A stretch of DNA of 64,000 nucleotides from Nitrosarchaeum sp. (GCA_965223865.1 OZ245020.1:1088001-1152000); one strand, 5' to 3'; counted from the first letter of the stretch, positions 20,801-31,291 are shown. A program made the numbers and translations. The notes: a model not told the origin generated them from the letters alone.

Positions 20801-21221
20801 ACCTACAGGAGCGCCAGTCATCACTGTTGTTGATACTTCAGTTGATGAGGTTGTTGCAGTCCTTCCATGTGATCCAGGATGTCATGGCGTACAATGGGGA
20901 GCAAAGAATGATGGTGGATACTATGCTTATGTATCTAGCAAATTCTCAAATGCTCTAATTGTCGTTGATCCAAAAGATGGATTTGATGCAGAAATTGCAG
21001 GAAAAATAATTCTGACCAAAGAATTTGAGACAGAAATTGATGATCCTGTAATTGATTATGCTGGACAAGGCGGACAAGGTGTTTTGACAATACCTAACGT
21101 CTATGAAGGTTGGATTCAGAAAACTGTAGAAGAATGTGGAAACAAAGCAGATCCTTGTTCTAAAGAAATTGTTGACTTCTTAAAGAAGTTGAAAGACGAT
21201 CAGAAGGATCCACTAGGCTAA
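17857..21221 (+). pseudogene. Two-domain multicopper oxidase + type-1 blue-copper domain + YVTN/YncE beta-propeller fusion, five lesions
   Basis: Signal peptide from 17857; HVHG and GT[TGA]PYHDH (domain 1); HAFHLHGH and WMYHCHFFNHMQEGM (domain 2); HT...CQIHPYM (blue copper); propeller repeats. Lesions: A-run near 17950, TGA 18426, 41-bp duplication 18630-18711, single-base losses near 19601 and 20143. Confidence 0.88.
18630..18711 (+). repeat. 41-bp tandem duplication (2 copies, 1 mismatch)
   Basis: ATGGTATCTTCTGAAGTATTA[T/G]GTAGAAGCGTCTTTTATGG twice, bounded by TTTTATGGA microhomology. Confidence 0.95.
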
Positions 21222-21391
21222 ACACTGACTAAATCAAAACTCTTTTTTCTTCCTAATCAAAAACAATTCTAAATAATTTATCTCTCGATTAATATTCAAA
21301 AACTAACAATTTTTTCTGAATATTACATCAATGTAATTTATTTAAAAGAAATAACCAGTGGTTTAAATTCAGTTTTAGGGGATTTTAGCTG

Positions 21392-23344
21392 TTGCAGCAA
21401 ATCCAAAATTTTGAACTTGTATCTGAATTTGAGCCTACAGGAGATCAACCTCAAGCAATTGAAAAACTTGTAGATGGTGTAAAAAATTCAAAAGTTCAGA
21501 CCCTACTTGGTGTAACTGGTAGTGGGAAGACATTTGCTGTTGCAAACGTTATTGCAAGAACTGGGAAAAACACTCTAGTAATTTCACACAACAAGACACT
21601 TGCAGCCCAGCTATACTCTGAATTAAAGCAGTTTTTCCCAAAAAACAATGTAGGGTATTTTGTCTCCTATTATGACTATTACCAACCTGAAAGCTATCTT
21701 CCTCAGACTGATACATACATAGAAAAGGATACTCAAATCAATGAAAAAATTGAAAAATTACGTTTAGAGGCAACTGCAATGTTGTTGTCTGGTGAACCTA
21801 CAATCATAGTTTCTACCGTATCTTGCATCTATTCTCTTGGTAATCCCCAGGATTGGGAAGATTTGGCAATTACGATCCATAATGGTGACCAAATTAAACG
21901 AAATGAAATAATCAGAAAACTTGTTGATGCAAGATATGAGAGAAACAATACAGAAGTTGCTCCCGGAAACTTTAGAGTTAAAGGTGATACTATAGATATT
22001 ATTCCAGCATATTCTGAAGACATTGTTCGAATCTCTATGTTTGGAGATGAAATAGAAAAAATTGCATTACTTGATCATGTTTCTCTAAAAGAAAAGCGCA
22101 AAATATCACAAATGAAAATTTTTCCTGCAAAACACTATCTAATTGCAAAAGATGTACGAGAACGAGCAATTCAATCAATTAAAGAAGAACTGCAATTGCG
22201 TTTGCCTGAACTAAAAGAACTGGAAAGACAAAGACTAGAGATGAGAACAAAATTTGATCTTGAAATGATTGAAGAGCTTGGTTACTGCTCAGGAATTGAA
22301 AACTATTCAAGGCATTTTGATGGGCGTAGTCCTGGCCAAAAAGCATTTTGTCTGATGGACTTTTTTGGGGATGATTATTTGTTAGTAATTGATGAATCTC
22401 ATGTTACCTTGCCACAACTACATGGAATGTACAAAGGTGATCATTCAAGAAAAAAGGAACTTGTAACTTATGGATTTAGACTTCCTAGTGCATATGATAA
22501 TAGACCATTAAAGTTCGAAGAATTTGAAGAATACCTCGAAAATACATTGTTTGTTTCAGCAACACCTGGAGAATATGAGAAAAAAATTTCATATCAGATT
22601 GCCGAGCAATTAGTACGTCCAACTGGTTTGCTTGATCCTAAAGTTGAGATAAGACAAACTAAAGACCAGATGGATAATCTTATCGAGGAAATAGCTAAAT
22701 GTGCACAAAAAAATGAGCGTGTCTTAGTCACTACCTTGACTAAACGTATGGCTGAAGATCTAGCCGAATATCTCTCAAAAAAACAAGTACGAGTCAGATA
22801 CATGCACTCAGAAATTGAAGGACTCCAACGAACCGAACTAATCAGGCAACTGCGTCTTGGGGAATTCGATGTTCTAGTTGGAATTAATCTTCTAAGGGAA
22901 GGATTGGATATTCCTGAAGTTTCTCTTGTTGCAATTTTGGATGCGGACAAGGAGGGATTTTTGAGAAACTTTACTAGTTTGATTCAAACTTTCGGTCGAG
23001 CTGCAAGAAATGCAAGCGGTTCTGTAATCATGTATGCTGATAATGTAACACAGTCAATGAAAAACGCAATGAATGAAACCAAGAGACGAAGAGAAAAACA
23101 ATTACAATACAACAAAGAACACAACATTATCCCACAAACAATCATAAAGTCAGTACCTGAACAGGTTGCAACCTTGGATGAATCAAAGCTAAAGTCTTCT
23201 CATGATCTTGCCACAGATATTATTGATTTGGAGGCACAAATGAAAAAATATTCTGAGGATTTAGATTTTGAGCGAGCAATTGAATGCAGAGATAGAATAA
23301 AAAGACTAGAAAAGGAGATTAAATTAAAAGATGACAGAAAGTAA
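21392..23344 (+). CDS. uvrB: Excinuclease ABC subunit B
   Basis: PTGDQP, GVTGSGKT, YFVSYYDYYQPE, DESH and GINLLREGLD motifs; C-terminal UVR domain. Confidence 0.98.
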   Translation: MQQIQNFELVSEFEPTGDQPQAIEKLVDGVKNSKVQTLLGVTGSGKTFAVANVIARTGKNTLVISHNKTLAAQLYSELKQFFPKNNVGYFVSYYDYYQPESYLPQTDTYIEKDTQINEKIEKLRLEATAMLLSGEPTIIVSTVSCIYSLGNPQDWEDLAITIHNGDQIKRNEIIRKLVDARYERNNTEVAPGNFRVKGDTIDIIPAYSEDIVRISMFGDEIEKIALLDHVSLKEKRKISQMKIFPAKHYLIAKDVRERAIQSIKEELQLRLPELKELERQRLEMRTKFDLEMIEELGYCSGIENYSRHFDGRSPGQKAFCLMDFFGDDYLLVIDESHVTLPQLHGMYKGDHSRKKELVTYGFRLPSAYDNRPLKFEEFEEYLENTLFVSATPGEYEKKISYQIAEQLVRPTGLLDPKVEIRQTKDQMDNLIEEIAKCAQKNERVLVTTLTKRMAEDLAEYLSKKQVRVRYMHSEIEGLQRTELIRQLRLGEFDVLVGINLLREGLDIPEVSLVAILDADKEGFLRNFTSLIQTFGRAARNASGSVIMYADNVTQSMKNAMNETKRRREKQLQYNKEHNIIPQTIIKSVPEQVATLDESKLKSSHDLATDIIDLEAQMKKYSEDLDFERAIECRDRIKRLEKEIKLKDDRK

Positions 23345-26150
23345 ATTAAAGATTCGCGGGGCTAGACATCACAATTTAAAAAATCTTGACATTGATATTC
23401 CAAAAAATAATCTAGTTGTAATTAGTGGATTATCTGGTTCTGGAAAATCTACATTAGCTTTTGATACTATTTATGCTGAAGGACAAAGACGTTATGTAGA
23501 ATCACTTTCTGCATATGCAAGACAATTTCTTGAAATGATGGACAAACCAGATGTTGATTCAATTGAAGGCTTGTCGCCAGCTATTTCTATTCAGCAAAAA
23601 ACTACAAGTAAAAATCCACGTTCTACTGTTGGAACAACTACTGAAATTTATGATTACATGAGATTGCTATTTGCAAGAATTGGAATTCCATATTGTACAA
23701 ACTGTGGACGGAAAATCTCGAATCAGTCAATTGAGACAATTTGTGACTCTGTTCTCAAAGACTTTGATGGACAGAAAATTCTAATCTTGTCGCCTATTAT
23801 TCAAAGAAAAAAAGGAACTTACGAGAAATTATTTGAACAGATAAAAAAAGATGGATACTCTAGAATACGCCTAAATGGGGAAATTTTGAGCCTAGATGAT
23901 GAAATTCCGCCTCTTGATAGACAGAAATGGCACAATATTGAGATTGTTGTAGATAGGATTCAATCTGAAAAATCCGAACGCTCAAGACTTTTTGAGGCAA
24001 TACAAACTGCAATCAAAACGTCAAAAGGTGATGTAATGATTTCTTCAGAAAAATCTGAAAAAATATTTTCTCAAAACAATGCATGTCCATATTGCGGTTT
24101 GACAGTAGGTGAGCTTGAACCCAGAACATTTTCTTTCAATTCTCCTTTTGGAATGTGCAAAGCATGTAATGGTCTTGGAGTAAAGATGGAATTTGATGCT
24201 GATCTGGTAATTCCTGACAAAACAAAATCAATACTTGATGGGGCAATTGTTCCATGGAGTGGAAGATTCTCTTCATTTAGACGACAAGCATTAAGAGCAG
24301 TTGGCAAAAAATTTGGATTTGATTTAATGACTCCAATTGAGAAAATAAAACAAAAACATCTAAAGATTATTTTACATGGCACTGATGATTTAATTGATTT
24401 TAGATATCGATCAAAGTCTGGTGATTCTTCTTGGCAGTATACTGATGCCTTTGAGGGTGTACTTGAAAACCTTCAACGCGTCTTTATGGAAACTGACTCT
24501 GAATCAAAACGTGAATGGCTAAAACAATTCATGAGAGATACTCCATGTAATGTTTGTAATGGTAAAAAGCTAAAACCTGAATCTTTAGCAGTCAAAATCA
24601 ATGACAAAGGAATAATGGATGTATGTGATATGTCAATTGATCATTGCTATGATTTTTTCTCTACCCTAAAACTCACTGAAAATGAACAATACATTGCACG
24701 AGATGTTCTAAAAGAGATTAAGGAAAGACTAGAATTTTTGATGAATGTTGGATTAAATTATCTTACACTTAATCGACTAAGCTCTACTTTGTCTGGTGGT
24801 GAATCACAAAGAATTAGATTAGCAACTCAGATTGGTTCTAATTTGACAGGAGTTTTGTATGTTTTAGATGAGCCTACCATTGGATTGCATCAACGTGATA
24901 ATGAACGACTCATAAAAACGCTAACAAAGCTACGAAATCTGGGAAATACTGTCATTGTTGTAGAACATGACGAAGAAGTTATCCGAAATTCAGATTGGAT
25001 AGTAGACTTGGGTCCTGGTGCAGGAGTTCATGGTGGGAATGTAGTTTTTGAAGGAACAGTTGAAAAAATTCTCAACGGTCACAAATCTGTAACTGGTGCT
25101 TATCTAAAAAATAACTCGCTGATACAACTAGAAAATAAAATTCGAAACTCAATCGGCTCTTTAATTGTAAAGGGTGCATCAGAGAATAATCTTAAGAATA
25201 TTAATGTTGAAATTCCACTAGGTCTTTTTGTTTCTATTACTGGTGTGTCAGGTTCTGGTAAATCAACTCTGATAAATGATATATTATTGAAATCTTTGGA
25301 AAACCATTTTTACAAATCAAATATAAGGCCTGGAAAGCACAGAGAGATTATAGGTCTTGAAAATATTGACAAAGTAATTGCAATTGATCAATCTCCTATT
25401 GGTAGAACTCCTCGTTCTAATCCTGCAACATACATAGGTGCATTTACACCAATACGCGAGCTTTATGCAAATACAGAACTATCAAAAGAAAGAGGATATG
25501 CACCAGGACAATTTTCATTTAATGTTGCTGATGGAAGATGCTTTGCATGTGATGGAGATGGTGTAAAACAAATTGAAATGCAATTTTTATCTGATGTTTA
25601 TGTAAAGTGTGACGAGTGTAAAGGAAAAAGATACAATTCTGAAACTCTAAGTGTTTTGTACAAGGGAAAAAATATTGCAGATGTTTTAGATATGACAGTT
25701 TATGAGGCATTGCAATTTTTTGAAAACATTCCTGCAATAAAACGAAAGCTACAAACAATTTATGATGTTGGACTAGGATACATTAAGCTTGGTCAGTCTT
25801 CAACCACTTTGTCTGGTGGTGAGGCTCAAAGAGTAAAACTTGCATCAGAATTATCTAAAAGAGGAACGGGAAGAACCTTTTACATTTTAGATGAACCCAC
25901 AACAGGTCTTCATTTTGCTGACGTCCAAAAATTATTAGATGTTTTAAATCGGTTGGTAAATCTTGGAAATACTGTGGTAGTAATTGAACATAATATGGAT
26001 GTCATCAAAAACTCTGATTGGTTAGTTGATCTAGGTCCTGAGGGAGGTGATGAAGGAGGAAACATAGTGACGGCAGGTACTCCTGAACAAGTTGCAAAGG
26101 CTCCTGGAAGTTATACTGGAAAATATCTGAAAAAGTTGCTCAAAAAATGA
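23331..26150 (+). CDS. uvrA: Excinuclease ABC subunit A
   Basis: Two ABC domains (GLSGSGKS, GVSGSGKS, LSGGE twice) and zinc fingers. Confidence 0.98.
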   Translation: MTESKLKIRGARHHNLKNLDIDIPKNNLVVISGLSGSGKSTLAFDTIYAEGQRRYVESLSAYARQFLEMMDKPDVDSIEGLSPAISIQQKTTSKNPRSTVGTTTEIYDYMRLLFARIGIPYCTNCGRKISNQSIETICDSVLKDFDGQKILILSPIIQRKKGTYEKLFEQIKKDGYSRIRLNGEILSLDDEIPPLDRQKWHNIEIVVDRIQSEKSERSRLFEAIQTAIKTSKGDVMISSEKSEKIFSQNNACPYCGLTVGELEPRTFSFNSPFGMCKACNGLGVKMEFDADLVIPDKTKSILDGAIVPWSGRFSSFRRQALRAVGKKFGFDLMTPIEKIKQKHLKIILHGTDDLIDFRYRSKSGDSSWQYTDAFEGVLENLQRVFMETDSESKREWLKQFMRDTPCNVCNGKKLKPESLAVKINDKGIMDVCDMSIDHCYDFFSTLKLTENEQYIARDVLKEIKERLEFLMNVGLNYLTLNRLSSTLSGGESQRIRLATQIGSNLTGVLYVLDEPTIGLHQRDNERLIKTLTKLRNLGNTVIVVEHDEEVIRNSDWIVDLGPGAGVHGGNVVFEGTVEKILNGHKSVTGAYLKNNSLIQLENKIRNSIGSLIVKGASENNLKNINVEIPLGLFVSITGVSGSGKSTLINDILLKSLENHFYKSNIRPGKHREIIGLENIDKVIAIDQSPIGRTPRSNPATYIGAFTPIRELYANTELSKERGYAPGQFSFNVADGRCFACDGDGVKQIEMQFLSDVYVKCDECKGKRYNSETLSVLYKGKNIADVLDMTVYEALQFFENIPAIKRKLQTIYDVGLGYIKLGQSSTTLSGGEAQRVKLASELSKRGTGRTFYILDEPTTGLHFADVQKLLDVLNRLVNLGNTVVVIEHNMDVIKNSDWLVDLGPEGGDEGGNIVTAGTPEQVAKAPGSYTGKYLKKLLKK

Positions 26151-27733
26151 CCTTTGATATATCTTCAATCAAAATCCCCTCAGATTCTGGAATTTATTTA
26201 ATGAAAAATTCTGAAAAAAAAATTATCTACATAGGAAAAGCAAAGAACCTAAAAAATCGTGTAAGATCATATTTTTTAAAAAATCAAAACTACAAAACAC
26301 AAAAACTTGTTGAAAATATTACAGACATTGAATTTGTTTTAACTGATAATGAAAGTGAGGCATTTCTTTTAGAGTCAAATATGATAAAAAAATATAGACC
26401 ACGTTTTAACATTGAATTAAAAGATCAACAGAGGTACACATATCTTAGAATTTCTGATGAAAAATATCCACGACTCCTTGTTGCACGAAGAACAAGAGAT
26501 GGAAAATTTCTAGGCAAGGGAAAAATTTATGGCCCTTTTACTCAGGGAAGCTCAAAACTTCTTACCATTGGAACGTTAAGAAAAGCCTTTCAAATTCGTA
26601 TATGTAAAACACTTCCAAAAAAAGTATGTTTAGAATATCATTTAGGAAATTGTGAAGGGCCTTGTGAATTCAAAGATGCACAAGAGAGATATCCAAAACA
26701 TGTTGAGGCCCTTGAAGAAGTACTAAAGGGTAAAAATCAAACAAAAATTTTTACCAAAAAATTGGAGCAAGAAATGAAGCAAGCAGCTGATTTGCAGCAA
26801 TTTGAGCGTGCAAAAGACATACGTGATACCTTGATTCGTTTAGGTAGTCTATCAACCAAACAAAAAATGGAATATATAGAAAATTCTGATGAAGAATATT
26901 TTGGAATTGGTGAGCAAGATCAAACAGCTACTGTGATGAACTTTAGAATGATTAATGGAGTTATTCGTGATAGTGATAAATTCTCTTTTGATATGGTTGG
27001 TGATAACTCGTTTTCTAATTTTATTTTCCAGTATTATTCTACCCATAAAATACCTAAATTTATTCTAGTAAACAGAATGCCAGAAAATAAAGATCTCTTA
27101 GAGTCATTACTTTCTGAGCAAGCAGGATTTAAAGTTGAGATTATCTCTCCTCAACGTGGCAAAAGAAAAGATATTATCAATTTGATTTTAAAAAACATAA
27201 AATTAATTCATTCAAAAGGTGGCGAGCCAGGCTTAATTGAATTAAAAGAAATTCTAAATCTACCTGAAATACCAAATGTCATTGAATGTTTTGATATTTC
27301 AAACCATGGTGAAGATTTTGCCGTTGGCTCAATGTCTAGATTCGTTAATGGAAAACCACAAAAATCTGGGTATAGAAAATTCAAAATCAAAACCGTTACT
27401 GGTAGAGACGACTTTGCTATGATTGGTGAGGTAATCAAGAGGAGATACTATAGGTTATTGGAAGAAAAATCTGAGTTGCCCTCTCTTATCTTAATTGATG
27501 GTGGCAAGGGTCAGCTAAACACTGCACTATCCTCATTGCAATCACTTGGTGTAAAGATTCCATGTGTTTCATTAGCCAAAGAAAATGAGGAGATTTATGT
27601 ATCAAACCAAAAAACTCCTATTGTTATATCCAAAGATCAAGCATCTTTGAAAATTTTACAGCATGCTAGAGATGAAACCCATAGATTTGGTGTTGCATAT
27701 AACAGAACAATTCGTAAAAATCAGATAAAATAA
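26147..27733 (+). CDS. uvrC: Excinuclease ABC subunit C
   Basis: GIY-YIG (GIY..IYIGKAKNL), Cys cluster, UVR domain, RNase H-like ECFDISN and IDGGKGQ. Confidence 0.97.
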   Translation: MTFDISSIKIPSDSGIYLMKNSEKKIIYIGKAKNLKNRVRSYFLKNQNYKTQKLVENITDIEFVLTDNESEAFLLESNMIKKYRPRFNIELKDQQRYTYLRISDEKYPRLLVARRTRDGKFLGKGKIYGPFTQGSSKLLTIGTLRKAFQIRICKTLPKKVCLEYHLGNCEGPCEFKDAQERYPKHVEALEEVLKGKNQTKIFTKKLEQEMKQAADLQQFERAKDIRDTLIRLGSLSTKQKMEYIENSDEEYFGIGEQDQTATVMNFRMINGVIRDSDKFSFDMVGDNSFSNFIFQYYSTHKIPKFILVNRMPENKDLLESLLSEQAGFKVEIISPQRGKRKDIINLILKNIKLIHSKGGEPGLIELKEILNLPEIPNVIECFDISNHGEDFAVGSMSRFVNGKPQKSGYRKFKIKTVTGRDDFAMIGEVIKRRYYRLLEEKSELPSLILIDGGKGQLNTALSSLQSLGVKIPCVSLAKENEEIYVSNQKTPIVISKDQASLKILQHARDETHRFGVAYNRTIRKNQIK

Positions 27734-27753
27734 GAAAAAAGAAGAAAATGTGG

Positions 27754-28365
27754 TTAGTTTACTTGAACGTCACCTATCATCCATGGGTGAACCATACAGA
27801 AGTAATCATAGCTTCCTGCCTCATCAAATGTGAATGCATATGTTGCACCACCTAAGACTAGACTGCTATCAAATACACCTGTTGGACCATCAGCTGGACT
27901 TCCACTTGTTACTGTATGTGCTGCAGTATCTGAGTTGATCCATTCAACAGTGTCACCTACATTAATTGTGACAGATGCTGGTATGTAACATTCATTGGTC
28001 TCTTCACAGCCTGGAACTGAGGTTCCTGCTGGCATGTCAACTGTTACTGTCTTTGGACCCATCTCTACTACCATTTCAGATTCTGGTTCCATTACTGGTT
28101 CAGGTTCTGGTTCCATTACCGGTTCTGTCTTTGGAGTTTCTTTGGCTTGTTCTTTTACTTCTTTAACAATATCTGCAAACGGATCAGTTCCTGCTTTTGG
28201 CTCTTCGGAACTTTGCATTTCAGTTGTACTTGGTTGCACTACTGCCTGTGGAACTTCAATATTTATTCCTAGATCTTGTCCTGATTGACCTGCCAAGGCA
28301 ATAGCTACGCCTGCAGCTACTATTGCAATAGACCATCCTATTGCTGCTTTGTCTATACCTGCCAT
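27754..28365 (-). CDS. Membrane-anchored blue (type 1) copper protein, plastocyanin/azurin family
   Basis: N-terminal TM segment, Pro/Glu linker, W.N.D.AAHTVTSG and YFCMVHPWM.G. Confidence 0.95.
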   Translation of the reverse strand: MAGIDKAAIGWSIAIVAAGVAIALAGQSGQDLGINIEVPQAVVQPSTTEMQSSEEPKAGTDPFADIVKEVKEQAKETPKTEPVMEPEPEPVMEPESEMVVEMGPKTVTVDMPAGTSVPGCEETNECYIPASVTINVGDTVEWINSDTAAHTVTSGSPADGPTGVFDSSLVLGGATYAFTFDEAGSYDYFCMVHPWMIGDVQVN

Positions 28366-28554
28366 TTGTTTTCAAACAATTTGATCAATAAATAAAGCTA
28401 ATCACTTTAGATCAAAAAATAGTTGAAATATTTACAAAATCTTTATTGATTTTTACTAAATTCACTATTATCGTATAAAATCAAATGTGAATTCTATCTT
28501 TGATAGCGTCTTTATTTTTTGGTAAATATCTGGTTTTATATGAACTGCTTTTAG

Positions 28555-28936
28555 TTAAATTATTTTTCCAGCCAAGTTTTCTTCTTTGGGAATTAATTCG
28601 TATTGAATTTTTAATTTTCTTTGTGAAATAAATTGTCTGATAAAATGAGTTCTTTTTTCAATAAATCCATCTGCATTTTTTTTATTTAATTTTAAATGTT
28701 CGTACATTGAATTATTGTCCAATTTTACAATTAGATTGTCTTCATTTTTTATGGTAAATGTACCAATTCCCCAAAATAATCCAACATGTAATGCAATGTA
28801 TTTTGATTGCAGGTTGCTAACTTTGTCTTTATAAATTTCAGTATGTTCTCTAGTTTGTTCAACTTTGGAATTATTTGTTTGAATAAGCCAGGAAATTTTT
28901 TTTTGTGTTTCCATCTAAATAAAAAACATGTTGCAA
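28555..28936 (-). pseudogene. RNase H-like small protein with a probable +1 frameshift in an A9 run
   Basis: TTG 28936 gives MQHVFYLDGNT, which joins KKISWLIQ... only if the A9 run is A8; SKYIALHVGL resembles the RNase HI helix. Confidence 0.5.
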
Positions 28937-29284
28937 TTGTAAAACAAAAAATATTTTCTCACTATATAACTTCCTTGATTTGAAGGTAATTAGAATATAG
29001 ATTCACAAAAAATATATCGTAAATCTCAAAGATCCGGAAAAGAAAATAATTTTTCACAACTTTTTAATCTCTAGTAATGTTACAAGAATAATCGATAAAA
29101 AATGCTGTAAAAAATTAAACCCTCAAAAACAAGTTAGCAATTTTAAGTCTAATAGGAAATGTGGATTTGGTTATTACTGTCCTGATAATTGATTAGTCTT
29201 ATTCTGTTTATCTAATTTAGCATCGTAACTATTACATAAATTCTGATTAACATAAATCTGATCATGTATTTTATAAACTAGAAA

Positions 29285-30922
29285 TTGATTGGTATACTTC
29301 ACGGTTATTTATTAGAAGGTTCTGGAAGTAACATTTGGACTAGATCCATTCTAAAATCTTTATGTAAAAATGGAGAAACGGTTCATCTTGTTTGTCAAGA
29401 AAATCATCCAGAGAATTATGATTTCATAGCAGAATCTCATTACTATCATGATGACTCAGTTGAAACTAGGCTAAATCGAAAGGTACCATACAAAGGAAAA
29501 TGTATTATGCACAAACCAAAATTAGGTGATGTTTTACCCGTTTATGTTTGGGATAAATATGAGGAGTTTACAAATGTGGTTCCAATGGTTGAATTGTCAA
29601 ATTCTGCAATTGAGAATTATATTCAGCGAAATACAGAAGTTGTATTAAAAATAGTAAATGATTATGGACTAACAGCAATTCATGTAAATCATGCAGTGCT
29701 AATGTCTGTGGTTGCTCATAGAGTCAATAAAATTACTTCTATTCCTTTTGCAATTATGCCACATGGAAGTGCAATTGAATACGCTGTAAAAAAAGATAAG
29801 AGATTCTTAGATTTTGCAACAATGGCATTTGATTCAGCTCAAAAAATTTTTATAGTTTCTGAAGAAATGAGAAATCGAATATCTACTACTTTTCAATCTA
29901 TTCCTAGCATCAATCAGAAAATGACCCGATTGAATTTAGGCGTAGATACAAGTGTTTTTGAACCTATTTTATCTGAATTAAGAAGTCAAAATATTGAAAG
30001 ATTATGTCAAAAATTGGAAGGGGTCCCTCGAGGAAAAAATGAACCCCAATCAGATATTTTGAAAAGTAAACTCAATTCTGACTTACAATTAAAAGAATTA
30101 AACAAAATAATCTCTTCGACTACTGATTATCAAATAAAAAACCCTGATAATAATATTGAGACCAAACTAAGGAAGATCGACTGGACTCATGATAAAATAA
30201 TTTTATTTGTTGGACGACTAATAACAGGTAAAGGAATTCAATCCGTTATTGCAACTTTGCCATTGATCTTGGATCAACACAAAGATACAAGATTGATAAT
30301 TGTGGGTCATGGACCATTACGTGAAATAATGGAAATCTTGTTGTGGGCACTACAAAACAATGAAAGAAAATTAGTCATGAAAATTATTACATGGGGAAAA
30401 TCACTTGAAGGAACTTCAGATAAAGTTTCTTCTTTTCAAGAAATTTTATCCTTTTACAATCAATTAGAAAAAAATAATGAATTAAATTCTTATTTTGAAA
30501 AAGCTCAAAGAAATCTAAGCCAAAATAATGTAATCTTTACAGGTTATCTGGGACATGAAGAGCTACGTTATCTTTATCCTTGTTGTGATGTAGCCATTTT
30601 TCCTTCTTTGGTGAAGGAAGCAGGACCCCTTGTATTTTTTGAAGCATTGGCATCTGGTTGTTTTCCATTGGGAACTTATTTTGGAGGAATGGCAATAAAC
30701 ATTGATTCAATTTCAAATAGATTGCCAACAGAAGATGCAGATTTAATGAAAATAAGCATAAAAAATGATAAAATGCTATTTGATATTGTCCAAAAAATAA
30801 ATGGCGCTTTCTTACTTGATGGAAAGTATAGATCTACATTAAGTAAGGCTGCCCAAGAATTGTATGATTGGAGTAGTATTGGTGAAAAAATCTCCTTAGA
30901 ACTTAATTCCATGAATTCATAA
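29285..30922 (+). CDS. GT-B glycosyltransferase (family 4)
   Basis: ILFVGRLITGKG, FTGYL and FPS..EAGPLVFFEALASG (E-x7-E). Confidence 0.9.
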   Translation: MIGILHGYLLEGSGSNIWTRSILKSLCKNGETVHLVCQENHPENYDFIAESHYYHDDSVETRLNRKVPYKGKCIMHKPKLGDVLPVYVWDKYEEFTNVVPMVELSNSAIENYIQRNTEVVLKIVNDYGLTAIHVNHAVLMSVVAHRVNKITSIPFAIMPHGSAIEYAVKKDKRFLDFATMAFDSAQKIFIVSEEMRNRISTTFQSIPSINQKMTRLNLGVDTSVFEPILSELRSQNIERLCQKLEGVPRGKNEPQSDILKSKLNSDLQLKELNKIISSTTDYQIKNPDNNIETKLRKIDWTHDKIILFVGRLITGKGIQSVIATLPLILDQHKDTRLIIVGHGPLREIMEILLWALQNNERKLVMKIITWGKSLEGTSDKVSSFQEILSFYNQLEKNNELNSYFEKAQRNLSQNNVIFTGYLGHEELRYLYPCCDVAIFPSLVKEAGPLVFFEALASGCFPLGTYFGGMAINIDSISNRLPTEDADLMKISIKNDKMLFDIVQKINGAFLLDGKYRSTLSKAAQELYDWSSIGEKISLELNSMNS

Positions 30923-31065
30923 TCATACTTTCAAATAGTCTAGTGAAGAATTTAAAAAAACTTTGACTGTTACAAATATCTACAAAAACATAATCTTGTA
31001 AAATAACAGCGAATAAGTTGGCTTTTTTGTCTATATAATTTGAATACTCTACTTATGATCAAAGA

Positions 31066-31287
31066 TTGAAAGGTCTACGTATGCTTGAATCTCACGCATT
31101 CTTTTCAAAAATGGTAGATGAGTTAGTTGAATTTTCTGAATATGACCCTGAATTAGCAGATGGAATCAAGTGGCTTGATGATCAGGCACAGAAAAAAGGC
31201 ATCACATTTTATGATATGGTCTTTGAAGTTTTGTACAAACATGATGTCAATTCCAAAGCAAAAGAATGGCTCAACACTAGAAACTAA
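31066..31287 (+). CDS. Small hypothetical protein (likely start ATG 31081)
   Basis: DPELADGIKWLDDQAQKKGITFYD; clean ORF in host codon usage. Confidence 0.75.
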   Translation: MKGLRMLESHAFFSKMVDELVEFSEYDPELADGIKWLDDQAQKKGITFYDMVFEVLYKHDVNSKAKEWLNTRN

Positions 31288-31291
31288 GTTG

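Noticed and set aside
28080-28128. Repeated EPVMEPE segment in the blue-copper protein
   Set aside because: Ordinary Pro/Glu linker of membrane-anchored cupredoxins
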